Source: Eukaryota sp. GEM-RC1
Lineage: Eukaryota
Assembly: GCA_040285855.1 (NCBI GenBank)
Contig: JAUFOQ010000004.1
Span: 248,001 to 312,000 of the forward strand
Direction of reading: 5' to 3'
Length of the DNA stretch: 64,000 bases
Below are positions 12,632 through 25,924 of the stretch, piece by piece. Both the position numbers and the translations under genes were made by a program. The number at the start of each line of letters is the position of its first letter. Within the stretch, counting starts at the first letter, position 1. The notes beneath the pieces are model-generated. The model was not told where the DNA came from and searched no databases. It worked only from the letters and a program-made list of their open reading frames with translations.

Positions 12632-13561
12632 TTAAAGATTTCGTACTAAAAAGTCCTCTATTTCTTTGGAAATCACCTTGGACTCTGGAATTAGTCCGTG
12701 TCCTCCGACTGTAAAGCCTACAAGCTCAGATTGTTTGATGTTCCTATGAACAAACTCTGCATGTTCATAAGGTACCAACACATCATCTTTGGCATGAAGA
12801 ATGATTGTAGGAACTGATATCCCGCTCATTCCCTCACCACATAGTGGTCTAATCTGAGCTTCATGAAGGTTTCCAGGACGTCTAGGGGACATAGGATGCA
12901 TACACTCCAGCATCTCGTCAGTGAAGCTTTTCTCTTGAGGACCAAGTTCATTATAAGTATCCGGAGAAATACCCATCATTTGTAACAATTGTACTCGAAA
13001 AACCTTTAGAACCAACCAATAGGCGAAGTCAGATTTCTGAATGGTGTTTAAAACTTTAGTGCTCATGGGGATTTCATCACCCATGTAGAGCGATACAGCA
13101 GACACTAAAACTAGTGCCATAGTTCTGTTGGGATAATTATGTGCAAATTGCAGTGCAGAAGGTCCACCAGCAGAAGCTCCGAAGACAATTACTCTGTTAA
13201 TTCCAAGATGATCAAGTAGAGAAGCGTAAAGAGCCGCTTGGTTCTGTACGCTAGATTCTTGCAGAAAAGGAGAACGTAGATAGCCAAATCGGGACACAGA
13301 AACAAACGAGAACCCATCACCGAAAGCTATCTTACCAAGCAAGAGACCCTGGTCATAGCCACCACCCGCCCCATGTATAAGGAGGACAGGAACTCCCTTA
13401 CCCTCAACAGCATACTCTATTTCTCCCTTCTCTGTTACAAGGAGCTCACTTCCATCAAGAACCTTTTGTCTAGCATCAGTAATGTCATTATGATACTGTA
13501 TGTACACAACTGGAATCAATAGTGTGACCAGTGCAACTCCCAGTGTTGTCAGTAGTTTCAT
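12632..13561 (-). CDS. Alpha/beta-fold hydrolase with N-terminal membrane anchor, prokaryote-like
   Basis: HGAGGG oxyanion motif, SRFGYLRS, GASAGG nucleophile elbow, HAKDD and GGH. Intact and intronless. Confidence 0.88.
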   Translation of the reverse strand: MKLLTTLGVALVTLLIPVVYIQYHNDITDARQKVLDGSELLVTEKGEIEYAVEGKGVPVLLIHGAGGGYDQGLLLGKIAFGDGFSFVSVSRFGYLRSPFLQESSVQNQAALYASLLDHLGINRVIVFGASAGGPSALQFAHNYPNRTMALVLVSAVSLYMGDEIPMSTKVLNTIQKSDFAYWLVLKVFRVQLLQMMGISPDTYNELGPQEKSFTDEMLECMHPMSPRRPGNLHEAQIRPLCGEGMSGISVPTIILHAKDDVLVPYEHAEFVHRNIKQSELVGFTVGGHGLIPESKVISKEIEDFLVRNL

Positions 13562-14232
13562 AATCAAATATCTTTTCTATCAGAAATAATTTCCTTGCTT
13601 AGTAATCTATTGTAACTGACTGGTATCCTTCCAAGACACAAACAAAGTGTTAGAAACTTTACCTTTAACAGTAGACAACACAATCCTATTATGCCACAAT
13701 TTGAGATCGACAGTCCCAGATGTATCTTCTGATACATTCATCACAGCGTTCTCCAGTAATGATGTTGCTGATTCACCGAGTGAAGTATATAACCAAAATA
13801 CAAATGGGAGTAATTCGAATGTGAAACCAAATTCTAGATTTAATAATTTCAATTTAGCACGAACGTTTTTCCATTTAAATGAGGGTTTTTAGTTTTAGTT
13901 TCTAGTTGGAATCAGTACTTATCCTTGCTTTGATGATATTGAGTTTTAGAATATATATTTCATTATATCTGCCATAAAAACATTGTTGATGAACAAAAGT
14001 ACATTCATCAACAGACGTGACAGTTAGCAATACAGAAAGATTCATGAAGAACATGAAATGTCACATCACCACGACTACATCCAATCGATTTATAAACATC
14101 CGTATCATCAAACAAACCAGTCAAAACTAATTCTAAAGAAATTATTCCTTAAAGACACGACCCAAAAAAAGGTTTACTTCACATTATATGAGTATTATAG
14201 TTGTACATCAAAGCTTGATCAATTTTATCATT

Positions 14233-15536
14233 TCAATCATTCTTTTTAGAAGCCTTCCCACATATAGAATACACCACTGGACGAGCTACTGAATTCCAAT
14301 TGGTAGTCCAAGTATCCTTCTGAAAATGTTCAAATATATTACTTCTAAAGGAACTCAAACGTTCATCACCAGAGCCATATTCTTCAACCACAATTTTCAA
14401 ATGCTTGAAAAGTTCAGCTTCATCTTTCCAAATAAGCCCAAACTCATTCGGCACAACAAGTTCTTGAATACAGTTATAGTTTACAGCGAGCACTGGTACT
14501 CCACAACCAAAATAGTCCAAAATCTTCATTGGAAGGTCAAAACCAGAACTCGATTGGTGAAGAGAAATGCCAAAATCAGCACATCCAATCATTTTCGGAT
14601 AATCAGTTGACGTTAGCCATGCAAATGAAACCTTTACTTTCTGCCAATTCTGATCCTTGATTTTAGCTTCAAAAACACTTTTTAAAGGCCCTTTACCAGT
14701 AATGACTAAATATAGATTTACTAAGTCATTATCCAGGGCAAATGTGTTGTATTTGTCTAGAACATTGTAGAGTGGTGTGAAGTCTTCGTCAGGAGTCCAA
14801 GAAGTTGACGTGATAGCAAGAATTGATTGGTGACGTTTGATTACTGACCCATTTGACTTTCTGGTAAAAGGAGTTTCCTCTGGAGAGACTTTCCAATTCA
14901 AATCAGATCCTACGTGTTGTAGGAACTCGTGCTGTTCCGAAAGTGACAAAATTTTAAAATTGTCAGATGGTCTATCATACAATGTCATAATCTTAGAAGG
15001 ATTGAGACCAAATTCACAGATCAAAAACTGTTTCATAGACTCTGAAACACAGAAATTAAAGAACGCACATTTTGAAAAAAGTTTCTCATAGAATTTGGCC
15101 AGAGACACAACAAGACCTTTCCTTCGAAGAGAAAGTATGGTGTAGCCGAAATTGTGCCAATCAATGATAATTTTATATCGTCGAAAGAGAGAAACACAGA
15201 AAAGAACTGCAAGAATAGGAATAGCCGGGGGGTTTGAACAAGAACAAACTGAGTTTTTGGTAGAAACAGAAGAGAAATAAAGAACTGGAGGAATTGAACA
15301 ATGAGTTTTATCAAAGCAAGGGGGTAAAAGAACGGTCCGTGGATGGTCTTCTTAATAAGAGGCTTCTTAGCATGTATAGAAACATTCTGATGTGAAGATA
15401 TCAATGGATGTATTTCAGATCCTCGATAACCGATGAGATGTACATGAAAACCACAATTGGCCAAGGATAATGTATGATATGACATTCTGGGTGAATGGCC
15501 TAAATCCCCCAGAACCAAGACTGCACAATGTTGCAT
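14233..15536 (-). CDS. ALG1: Chitobiosyldiphosphodolichol beta-mannosyltransferase (frameshift near 15225)
   Basis: VLGDLGHSPRMSYH, DWHNFGY in the shifted frame, TSTSWTPDEDF, ITGKGP and SSSGFDLPMKILDYFG. Confidence 0.92.
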
Positions 15537-15779
15537 TGATCGTCAATTGTAGAATCCAAAAGAATTACATGGCTATTAATACTACCGTACTTTGTACTGG
15601 TACGGTTCTGTAGTTCTCGGTTTCGTTTTTGATTGTAACACTGCAACTGGTAGTCTTCTTCAACAAGAAATCGACACTGTACTATAAGGGATATTCTTGA
15701 TCGATTACTGAACATGATTTCTACGTTATACATTTAAATTTCTAATTAGATTTTATCAATAAATGTGTACAGCTTTGAA

Positions 15780-16784
15780 TTACCAGTCGCATACAACTCT
15801 GCATTCCCATTCTCCACGGGAGTTGATGGAGCATTCAGTACGGCATCTGTTATCAGCAGCGGGAACTTCATCATTGGGAGCAGATCCGGCTTGACCGGCA
15901 GTGACCATAGATTCAATGTTACATTCGTTAACACCACGACGGATACGGAAGTGACCTGATTCACCCCAGGAGGTTCCCCAGGAGTTAGCAACTAACCAGT
16001 ACTTTTGACCGTTTTCAACACCCCAACCAATCATTTTGACGGCATGTCCACCTTGGAGATAACCAGTTTGATGATGATAGATACCAGATCTGTAGGACAT
16101 GAAATCGGAGTAGACGGAGAAACCGACTTCAACGGAACCGTACTTTTGGATTTCAGACATGATGGCGGTTTCAGAAGAGGAAACATCATAAGCATTAGCA
16201 GCCTTGTACATCTTAAGAGCAGATCCGTCTTCACATTGAGAAGGACAGGGAGGAACTTGACCGGCACGTCCGGAAACGTACTTCATGCAAGAGTCTTCGA
16301 CAACACCAGTGGAAGCCATGAATCTCCAGACCTTGTCTAACCATCCACCGTTACAGGCCATGTTTGACTTATCACAGGAAACTAACCATTGAGGGGAGAG
16401 GACAACCTTCTTGTTTTGAGCGATACAGAATCTATCGGAGAGAGCCTAAGATTAGATGAAAATGTTACTTACCTCAGCGGCACCGAAAGCCCAGCAGGAA
16501 CCACAACGTCCTTGATCACGGATAGAGTAGGAGGGGCATCCAGGCCATTGTTCACGGACATCAAAGGTATCGGGAAGGTTAGCGTTTTCTTCAACTTTCT
16601 TGGGAAGGTTGATGAAGTCGAGCTTCAAACCCAAAAGAGAGCGCATTTCTTCATGAGTCATACCAACAAATCTGGGGTTAACACCAGCAACCCATGTGGA
16701 GGTGGGATTGGAGTTGACAATGGAGACGATTTGAGGGTTAGCGAAAACCACAGCAGCAAGAGCTAAAACGAATAACAGTTTCAT
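15780..16784 (-). CDS. Cathepsin B-like cysteine protease, copy 1 (intron 16446-16472)
   Basis: Signal peptide, [16 protein letters not shown] and ANSWG motifs. 27-nt GT-AG intron. Confidence 0.93.
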
Positions 16785-16877
16785 GATACGAGAAAAACTG
16801 ATATTGGATTTTGTTTCTTGGAGTCAACCGTCTCTATTAGACTAATAGTATTAGTAGGTGTTTGTTTTTCCTACTTA

Positions 16878-18407
16878 ATGTCTCATCTTGAACCTCCTAC
16901 AAAGAGTACAAAAAAGCACGATTACTGCTATAGATTGTTAGATCGTATTGGTGATGTTGATGTTGTGTGTAACGTTTCTTCTTTTTCTAGTGTCTCTTCA
17001 GAACCTAACTTAATCTCTTCTCCATTCTCCTGTACTTCTGTCAAATGTATACATTTTCAGCAGTCCTTACTGATTTTGGTTAGTCACCATGTTTTGAAAA
17101 GTCTCTTTAAGTCTTCCCTTAAAGTGAATCATTACGAACCTGGACTCCCTCTTTTGAAGTTGATCCAAGAATTACCTGTATTCTTCAACAAAATTGGCTA
17201 TGTTAGCCATCGGTTCTTTGTTTGTGCTTTTTTAGCAGTTAAAAACTTTATTCAAACAAACACTCTTCCTGTTGTTTCTGAGTATCTTCCTCAACTTGAT
17301 TCATTAGCTTCTTTCTTCGAGGCTGCTTTACAGTCTATTTCCTTGCACGTTTACGGGTCCTTTGAAGTAGACCAATTTCTTATTTATTCCTCTGTGATTT
17401 CGGGATTGAACTTGACATTAGAGCACCACAAAGACTTTCAGTTTCTGAATGTGTCCACCTCCTTCTTTCCCAATCTGAAACACCTTCATGTACATGTTGA
17501 GTCTTCTATTTCTATGTTGTTTGTTGAATTGTTGAAGGGCAATGATTCAGTGACCAGTGTTGATATGGATTGCAGCTCTATTGGTGATGAAGGAGCCGAA
17601 CTACTGGCTGATGCATTAAAAGCTAATACAACAGTCACTACTATTGATTTGAGTCGAAACTCTATTGGCGATGACGGTGTCAGATTTCTGGCGGATGCCT
17701 TAAAAATCAACTCCACAGTAACTAGCATCAATTTGAGATACAATTCTATTGGTTATAACGGAGCCCGACTACTGGCGGAACTGTTACAGATCAACTCTAC
17801 ATTAACAAGTCTTAGTCTCGATGGAAACAACATTGGAGATGAAGGTGCTGTCGTACTGGCCAATGCGTTGAAAATCAATTCATCGGTCACTACTATTGAT
17901 TTGAGTCGAAACTCTATTGGCGATGACGGTGTCAGATTTCTGGCGGATGCCTTAAAAATCAACTCCACAGTATTAATTGTCAAACTTGATGGAAATTTCA
18001 TTGGCACTGCAGGTGCTAGAGCACTATCTAGCGCCCTCATTGTTAATGAATCATTGACAAGTATTGATCTGGATGGAAACATTTTCGAACATTCCGGTGT
18101 TTGTGCATTGGCAGATGCGTTGGTTTACAATACTACAATTACAAGTGTTAATCTGAAATACATTTCTGTTCGAGATGAAGGTGCCTTACGATTGGCAAAT
18201 ATGTTAAAAGTGAATTCTACAGTGATTGATATCAATTTGAGTGGATGTTCTATTGAAGATGAAGGTACTCGAGCATTGGCAGAAGCCTTAAAATTTAATA
18301 CTACAGTTAGAAGTATTAATCTGAGAGATAACTGTATTTTAGATGAAGGTGCTTTAGCGTTGGTAGATGTACTAAAGATCAACACTACAGTTACAATATA
18401 TCAGTAA
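16878..18407 (+). CDS. Ribonuclease-inhibitor-type (NLRC3-like) leucine-rich-repeat protein
   Basis: About ten 28-aa repeats of the form xNSTVTxIxLxxNxIGDEGAxxLAxAL. Confidence 0.88.
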   Translation: MSHLEPPTKSTKKHDYCYRLLDRIGDVDVVCNVSSFSSVSSEPNLISSPFSCTSVKCIHFQQSLLILVSHHVLKSLFKSSLKVNHYEPGLPLLKLIQELPVFFNKIGYVSHRFFVCAFLAVKNFIQTNTLPVVSEYLPQLDSLASFFEAALQSISLHVYGSFEVDQFLIYSSVISGLNLTLEHHKDFQFLNVSTSFFPNLKHLHVHVESSISMLFVELLKGNDSVTSVDMDCSSIGDEGAELLADALKANTTVTTIDLSRNSIGDDGVRFLADALKINSTVTSINLRYNSIGYNGARLLAELLQINSTLTSLSLDGNNIGDEGAVVLANALKINSSVTTIDLSRNSIGDDGVRFLADALKINSTVLIVKLDGNFIGTAGARALSSALIVNESLTSIDLDGNIFEHSGVCALADALVYNTTITSVNLKYISVRDEGALRLANMLKVNSTVIDINLSGCSIEDEGTRALAEALKFNTTVRSINLRDNCILDEGALALVDVLKINTTVTIYQ

Positions 18408-19713
18408 TGGCAGTCTAAATTGTTTAACCAGTCGACTTATCAACATATTTATACTAATTATACTTATACTGACACGATACTTCTTCATAGATTTACAGTC
18501 AGATTCAACACTGACGGTTTTCATGGGAAAATTCAACCAGTTTTGATTATATATCTTACTCAAATATTAGAGCTAACAGCAGAGCTGATTTGATTGGTCC
18601 GTGGTTGTCCTCTCAGGAGAATAATTATGGACTCTACTTTGTAGAGTCTACTACAGTTGATCCTTGTAACTCAACTTCTGTTAACAAAAATTTAGACGAA
18701 AATTATTCGGCTCTTGAAAATTTCCAAGTTAAAACTGCCGAAATGTAAAAATTACATCGATATAGTGATTGAACTACCTAGATGAATTCTCGTCAGGAAA
18801 TTCTTTTTCAAATTCTATTCTTTATTATTGGCTTTTTTGGAGCCAAGGTTCTCACCTCTTTCGGGAAATTGTGTACAAAGACGAATAATTTGTACTGTGG
18901 AGGTGGAGTAGCAGGCCTTGCAAACACACATGTAGTGTTTATCAACTACAGTAAAGTTATTATTCGGTACCCAATTGACACCTTGCAAAAAAATAAGAAT
19001 TTGAAGAAATACAGAATAAACAGTTGAGACTAAATCGAAATGATTTCATCATTACCTGGTAGGTGAATACCTGTGTGGACTTTGACCTTCACACTATACT
19101 GGAACAATTTGTCAACAACTTGGGATATCCCTTTTAGACATCGCTGAACAGGTCACACAGAATAAGTACAAAGACCATTCATGGATGTACAACAGGTAGA
19201 ACAGGTTGAATGTGAATTATGCCCTATTGTAACAATTTACTGCCGTTGAGGAAAAAGCGGATTGAATTTCGTAAAAACGATTTCGAAAAAATCGTAAAAA
19301 ATAGGATGAACAAACGCTGTGATTATAGTATCTGCTATGGTGGAATCATATCGTTTTTAATGTTTTTTAGAAGAATTCCCCTAATCATCTCCAGAGCTTT
19401 ACTAGCTGTGAGTTGACTTTATGAGAACATAGCTGTTCTGAGATTTGATAGTGACAGGTGTTGTTTTAATGACATCAAAATTGAAGTTTCTTAGTACAGT
19501 CGACTGTGTCTATAGCGTCACTAAATGGTAGACCGTATATACATTTAAAAATAAGTGTAAAGAAAGAAATGGTCAGAACTAAATTTAACACGATCAAGTC
19601 AGATTTTGTTAGAAAAATACACTGAGGACTACTACTAGTAGTACCGTATTGACATACATACATGGGGGTTAAATGTGATCTGGCCAAAATCAAACATCAC
19701 TTTTTCTCATCTC

Positions 19714-20719
19714 ATGAAACTGTTATTCGTTTTAGCTCTTGCTGCTGTGGTTTTCGCTAACCCTCAAATCGTCTCCATTGTCAACTCCAATCCCACCTCC
19801 ACATGGGTTGCTGGTGTTAACCCCAGATTTGTTGGTATGACTCATGAAGAAATGCGCTCTCTTTTGGGTTTGAAGCTCGACTTCATCAACCTTCCCAAGA
19901 AAGTTGAAGAAAACGCTAACCTTCCCGATACCTTTGATGTCCGTGAACAATGGCCTGGATGCCCCTCCTACTCTATCCGTGATCAAGGACGTTGTGGTTC
20001 CTGCTGGGCTTTCGGTGCCGCTGAGGTAAGTAGCATTTTTCATCTAATCTTAGGCTCTCTCCGATAGATTCTGTATCGCTCAAAACAAGAAGGTTGTCCT
20101 CTCCCCTCAATGGTTAGTTTCCTGTGATAAGTCAAACATGGCCTGTAACGGTGGATGGTTAGACAAGGTCTGGAGATTCATGGCTTCCACTGGTGTTGTC
20201 GAAGACTCTTGCATGAAGTACGTTTCCGGACGTGCCGGTCAAGTTCCTCCCTGTCCTTCTCAATGTGAAGACGGATCTGCTCTTAAGATGTACAAGGCTG
20301 CTAATGCTTATGACGTTTCCTCTTCTGAAACCGCCATCATGTCTGAAATCCAAAAGTACGGTTCCGTTGAAGTCGGTTTCTCCGTCTACTCCGATTTCAT
20401 GTCCTACAGATCTGGTATCTATCATCATCAAACTGGTTATCTCCAAGGTGGACATGCCGTCAAAATGATTGGTTGGGGTGTTGAAAACGGTCAAAAGTAC
20501 TGGTTAGTTGCTAACTCCTGGGGAACCTCCTGGGGTGAATCAGGTCACTTCCGTATCCGTCGTGGTGTTAACGAATGTAACATTGAATCTATGGTCACTG
20601 CCGGTCAAGCCGGATCTGCTCCCAATGATGAAGTTCCCGCTGCTGATAACAGATGCCGTACTGAATGCTCCATCAACTCCCGTGGAGAATGGGAATGCAG
20701 AGTTGTTTGCGACTGGTAA
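19714..20719 (+). CDS. Cathepsin B-like cysteine protease, copy 2 (intron 20026-20053)
   Basis: Translates to the same protein as copy 1. 28-nt intron GTAAGT...CTAATCTTAG. Confidence 0.93.
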
Positions 20720-22510
20720 TCTACGTCGAATTGCAAATATGTTGTATAGATTTATTGCTTATTATTGTGGATAAAAGTTATTAATGCAGATATTATTAAG
20801 TGATACTGAAGATATAATGTTGATGTACTAGTATGTCATACATCGTCCAGCAAGTTATCCTCAAAATGTGTCACCAATGTAAAGAAGTTGAAAAGCTCTT
20901 GTTTCTCAAAACAACAATCAGTGATTCCTAGTGCTCTATGTCTTCCACCACATTTGAAAACCAGCTGTTTTTGCTGTACAACAGACACTGTTGCGGTATT
21001 GAACTTTCAGTGGAATGATGAATATGACGATTCTGGGGAAGAAAACTCTAAATCAGATGTCGTTTCTGATTAACATCTTCATATAACGTGTAGTTGTGTA
21101 CCTTTTTCTCTTTAGTTGTAGTGTGTTTCCCCTTTTTAAAAAAGTCTTCTTTATCACATTTCATCACAATCTTCTCAATAATTGCTTCTATGAATTATCC
21201 AATTAAGGCGACACATTAGATAAACGTATTACAACTTTCGTCCGCTTTGGCTTTGACTTATTACCGAAATTAATTTACGGTTCATTTTTTGGCAGCTCTG
21301 CCACCACACTGTAAAACTTTCTGAACTATACTGCCATTGGTAATCTATCTCATTAAGCAAATAGTCGCACTCATAAATTAGTCTTGGATAGACCAATTTA
21401 TCTTAGCTGGTTTTAGTGGATAGACACTTTTGATACAGTTAAATCTTCCATTCCAGTTTTATCATACATTAATCTCAATGTGCCCAGGTGCATCAAATTG
21501 TAACCGCTCTAGTACAAGTGGAGATTCTCTTAACGAACTCAATACCAGAAATGTAATTTCTACGTGCGTACAAAGGGAAAGAAAATTTATGAAAATCTTG
21601 TGATTCTCTTATCTAGCCAATTAAAGGAAAATTGGAAGCGATTAATTGACTGCTACACAATTGAAACAAAGTTGTGCTGCTGGCGTTGAAATAATCGAGG
21701 GAAAAGTAGATAATGGAAATCGCAAAGGAAGTTGTTAATAGTGTTAATTCAAGACAAAATGCTTCTGGTGTCGCATTTGTCTGAAAATCTACGGGATACA
21801 CTGTGCATCTTGATGATGTTGGACGATAAGTAGTTCCTGTTGTTGTAGAAGGATGTTTGGCGGGAATTTGGAAGTTGTTGTTGACTAACCCAATGCTGAT
21901 GATGCTATCAATTCAGAATAGTTTTCTTAACTTGGTTATCCTATTACTTTGTCATTAAAATTTGAAGTTGACCAAGACGAAATAATCAAGAATTGGATCA
22001 ATTTCCAAATTTTTTGATGATTTTTCTGCTCTTGAAGTGACTGAAAAGGGAATATACAAAGTACTGTCTTTTTATTAACCAATTGAATGTTGACAGGTAC
22101 AATTCTTTTGTGTTTCAACCGTTGGCGATGTCGATGGTAATGTTGCACCAGCTGCGCCAGTTTTTTAAGTTCCTTTGAGAAAATGTGTTCTGAGTACGGT
22201 AAAGATTTTAATGAACATTTTTGGTTGAGTGTGTTGCACAGTTTCGTTCAATGCACAGATATTTTCATTCAATTTTAGGTAAGTTGATTGAAATTATCAT
22301 ATCCGATATTACTTGATTATTATTGTTGTCCTTGAAAAAGTCCAGAAGTCTTTTAAAACAAAGTGATGAACATCACGATAAAGACCAGAGAATGTGAAGC
22401 CAGTAGAGATGTAATTCTCAGACGAAGACAAAATTAGAAAGTTCATTGTGTCACTGTTGATAGAAAGCATCTGGTCAAAATCATCCTTGAGTGTCACTTT
22501 TTCTGATCTC

Positions 22511-23510
22511 ATGAAACTGTTATTCGTTTTAGCTCTTGCTGCTGTGGTTTTCGCTAACCCTCAAATCGTCTCCATTGTCAACTCCAATCCCACCTCCACA
22601 TGGGTTGCTGGTGTTAACCCCAGATTTGTTGGTATGACTCATGAAGAAATGCGCTCTCTTTTGGGTTTGAAGCTCGACTTCATCAACCTTCCCAAGAAAG
22701 TTGAAGAAAACGCTAACCTTCCCGATACCTTTGATGTCCGTGAACAATGGCCTGGATGCCCCTCCTACTCTATCCGTGATCAAGGACGTTGTGGTTCCTG
22801 CTGGGCTTTCGGTGCCGCTGAGGTAAGTAGCATTTTTCATCTAATCTTAGGCTCTCTCCGATAGATTCTGTATCGCTCAAAACAAGAAGGTTGTCCTGTC
22901 CCCTCAATGGTTAGTTTCCTGTGATAAGTCAAACATGGCCTGTAACGGTGGATGGTTAGACAAGGTCTGGAGATTCATGGCTTCCACTGGTGTTGTCGAA
23001 GACTCTTGCATGAAGTACGTTTCCGGACGTTCCGGTCAAGTTCCTCCCTGTCCTTCTCAATGTGAAGACGGATCTGCTCTTATGATGTACAAGGCTGCTA
23101 ATGCTTATGACGTTTCCTCTTCTGAAACCGCCATCATGTCTGAAATCCAAAAATACGGTTCCGTTGAAGTCGGTTTCTCCGTTTACTCCGATTTCATGTC
23201 CTACAGATCTGGTATCTATCATCATCAAACTGGTTATCTCCAAGGTGGACATGCCGTCAAAATGATTGGTTGGGGTGTTGAAAACGGTCAAAAGTACTGG
23301 TTAGTTGCTAACTCCTGGGGAACCTCCTGGGGTGAATCAGGTCACTTCCGTATCCGTCGTGGTGTTAACGAATGTAACATCGAATCTATGGTCACTGCCG
23401 GTCAAGCTGGATCTGCACCCAATGATGAAGTTCCCGCTGCTGATAACAGATGCCGTACTTCATGCTCCATCAACTCCCGTGGAGAATGGGAATGCAGAGT
23501 TGTTTGCTAA
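22511..23510 (+). CDS. Cathepsin B-like cysteine protease, copy 3 (intron 22823-22850)
   Basis: Near-identical to copies 1 and 2, with a few substitutions and two residues fewer at the C-terminus. Confidence 0.93.
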
Positions 23511-23607
23511 TTAACGAACTGGCAAATATGTATAGATTTGTTGATGATAATTATTGATAAAGATTGTTAATGCATTCAATTCTGATGTGCAAATGATATA
23601 TTGTAAG

Positions 23608-25924
23608 TAGGGATGGTAATGGATTGGTTTGGTTTTGGTTCTCAAAATTTGAACCAAACCAACCCAGAACCACACACGTCTAAACCACACCAAACCAGCA
23701 CCATAGACGTCTGAACCAAACCAGAACCACGAACCATGTGGTTCTATTTATTTCTATAAATAGTTTTGTGTTTACTTGGAATAATACAATAAACAATTTT
23801 CTTACATGTCTGACACACGATATCTTTCGGGAGAGGAACCTCAATCTCAACCTGAAGCTGCTGAACCCCATCCTGAAGCTCGCCCAGTTTCTCCAACGAA
23901 ATATATCGTGTGGAACTACTTCTCGACTATTGGTAGTAAAACAGGATGCTTTTTATGTATCCCTAAATTTAAAAATTGAAAACTCCCAAAATGAGTAGTT
24001 ATCTTGCGGAAGAAAGAATCGGATCGGACAAAGATCCATTGGAGTGGTGGTGCTCATCTATAAATCGTTTTCTGTGGGCTTTTCAAAATTGTAAGGCACT
24101 TTCTTGCAATTCAAGCCACAACTTCTTCTTAAAAACAACTACTTTCTTTGCTGGATGTACCGTGACCAAATTACGTAATCGATTAAGCTATGATAGTGTA
24201 CAAGCCTTGATGACTCTGCTATCTTTTCTCCAAAACAACATTAGATGATAGTTGATCTATTGTGAAAGCGTAAATAACTACTTTAATACATACTTGGAAA
24301 ATACAAATACATGTATTTTTTTTGTATTTTGTATTTTTTTGTATTTGTATTTGTATTTTTTTTCACCGTGTATCTGTATTTTCTGTATTTCATCTAAAGT
24401 TTAAAAATGATACTCGACCTTTGGCCCTTTAGAGCATATACAACTTATAAAAGAGTCGGTTCTTGATCCATCGATTGCTGCGTGAATCAAGATAATCCAG
24501 TTCAAACTCCTACTATGTGGAGATAAATCATTTTTGAATTTCGGTAAGTACATTTCCACAATGAGTTCTACATCTTCCTCTCACTATCAGGAATCTCCTA
24601 AACTAAAACCTCCTGTCAATTTTCATACGAACATTGTTAACAGCAACAAGGTAATATGGAGAATGGTCAAAATCACCAACAAGACCAATTCTACAAATAT
24701 GGATGTCTGGTGTGGAGGTTGTGGAGTGGTCTTTTCCAAGCAGAACACATCTCGCTGGGGACCTTTGCATCTCCCCCTCATGCTCTGGATGGCAAAACAC
24801 CAAAGAACTTTCTTCATTCCTGAAAGAGCTCAAAGGCAAAAAGGCCAGTGAAGACCACAACATCAGAAAGGAAAACGTATCATCCTCTGTTAATGAAGTT
24901 CTTGCTTGTGATACAACTGAAACGAATGATTTTTTTCCAGAAGCAGATGTTCACGCTACATTAGGGAAAAAGGCTTGTCTGGCCTTTGCACTGTCCGGAA
25001 TTTCCTTCAATACCGCTGATAAAGACTCCTTCAAAGACTATTTGCGGTATTTTGCACAAATACATCGTGCTAAGCAAGTTAAGTCCACTTTCTTAGGACC
25101 AAACCGCCATGAACTTTCCAACACAATTCTCCCTGAACTACATAACGCTGTAAAGCATCTTACTGCTGAGACTGTCATCCCATCACTTATATCTTTCTCT
25201 TTCGAACTCTCTATTGATGGCTATTCAACAGGTACAACACCACGACATAATATCATCGTGGCTTCCAATGGACGATCCTTCTATATCGGATGTATACCAG
25301 CAGGTTGCAGCGAACAAGATCAAGAACACATTGCCGACATCATTTGCTTCGGCACAAGTGAAGTATCAAAGTTGATACAGACCCACTCAGATCCTAATTT
25401 AGTAGGGTTGATGAAATCCCGAAAGACTGTGGAAGAAGCTCAGAAGATCATTTGGCTAACCCTCGATGGTGCTACAGTCAATGCAGCAGCTGTGTCCCTT
25501 TTGCAAGTTTCCATGACCAATACATTGTGTTGTCCAGTCATTGTGTCACTCACACTCTCAACTTATTGATAAAAGACATCGGTAAACAACTATGGGTTAC
25601 TGACCTAATGTGCCACGTGAAAACTTTATTGTCAATTTTCAAGAACAAATCCCAAATTGCGGCTTGGTTGAAAAATTAAAGTTTAATATACATATATATT
25701 AATAAAAATGAGGTTTCAAACACTTTTGTTCTTAGGTACTTTTATGATGATATGTAAGTATAATATATGCTGAAGTCATCATGGTTCTGGTTTGGTCCTG
25801 GTTTTTGCAGTTGGAACCAAACCAGAACCAAAACCATGATGGTTCCGGATTTTAGAACCAAACCAGACCAAACCAATCCAATCCATTGGTTTAACCAGAA
25901 CCATTGGTTTTTCTGCCATCCCTA
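23608..25924. mobile_element. hAT element (deletion derivative) carrying a nested second hAT fragment
   Basis: TIRs TAGGGATGG and CCATCCCTA. Perfect TSD ATTGTAAG (23600-23607 and 25925-25932). AACCA/TGGTT subterminal repeats. Remnant of the hAT dimerisation domain (DPLEWW...TKLRNRLS) at 23976-24248. Confidence 0.9.
24561..25679 (+). pseudogene. Truncated hAT (DUF659-like) transposase with BED-like finger, in a nested element starting near 24289
   Basis: W...CGGC...C BED-like N-terminus, SIDGY, TLDGA and CVTHTLNLLIKD (hAT CxxH). Frameshifted and 3'-truncated. Terminus CATACTTGGAAAATACAAATAC at 24289. Confidence 0.7.

Noticed and set aside
20880..22150. Possible decayed gene fragments between cathepsin copies 2 and 3
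   Set aside because: Many stops in all frames and no motif I can assign with confidence.
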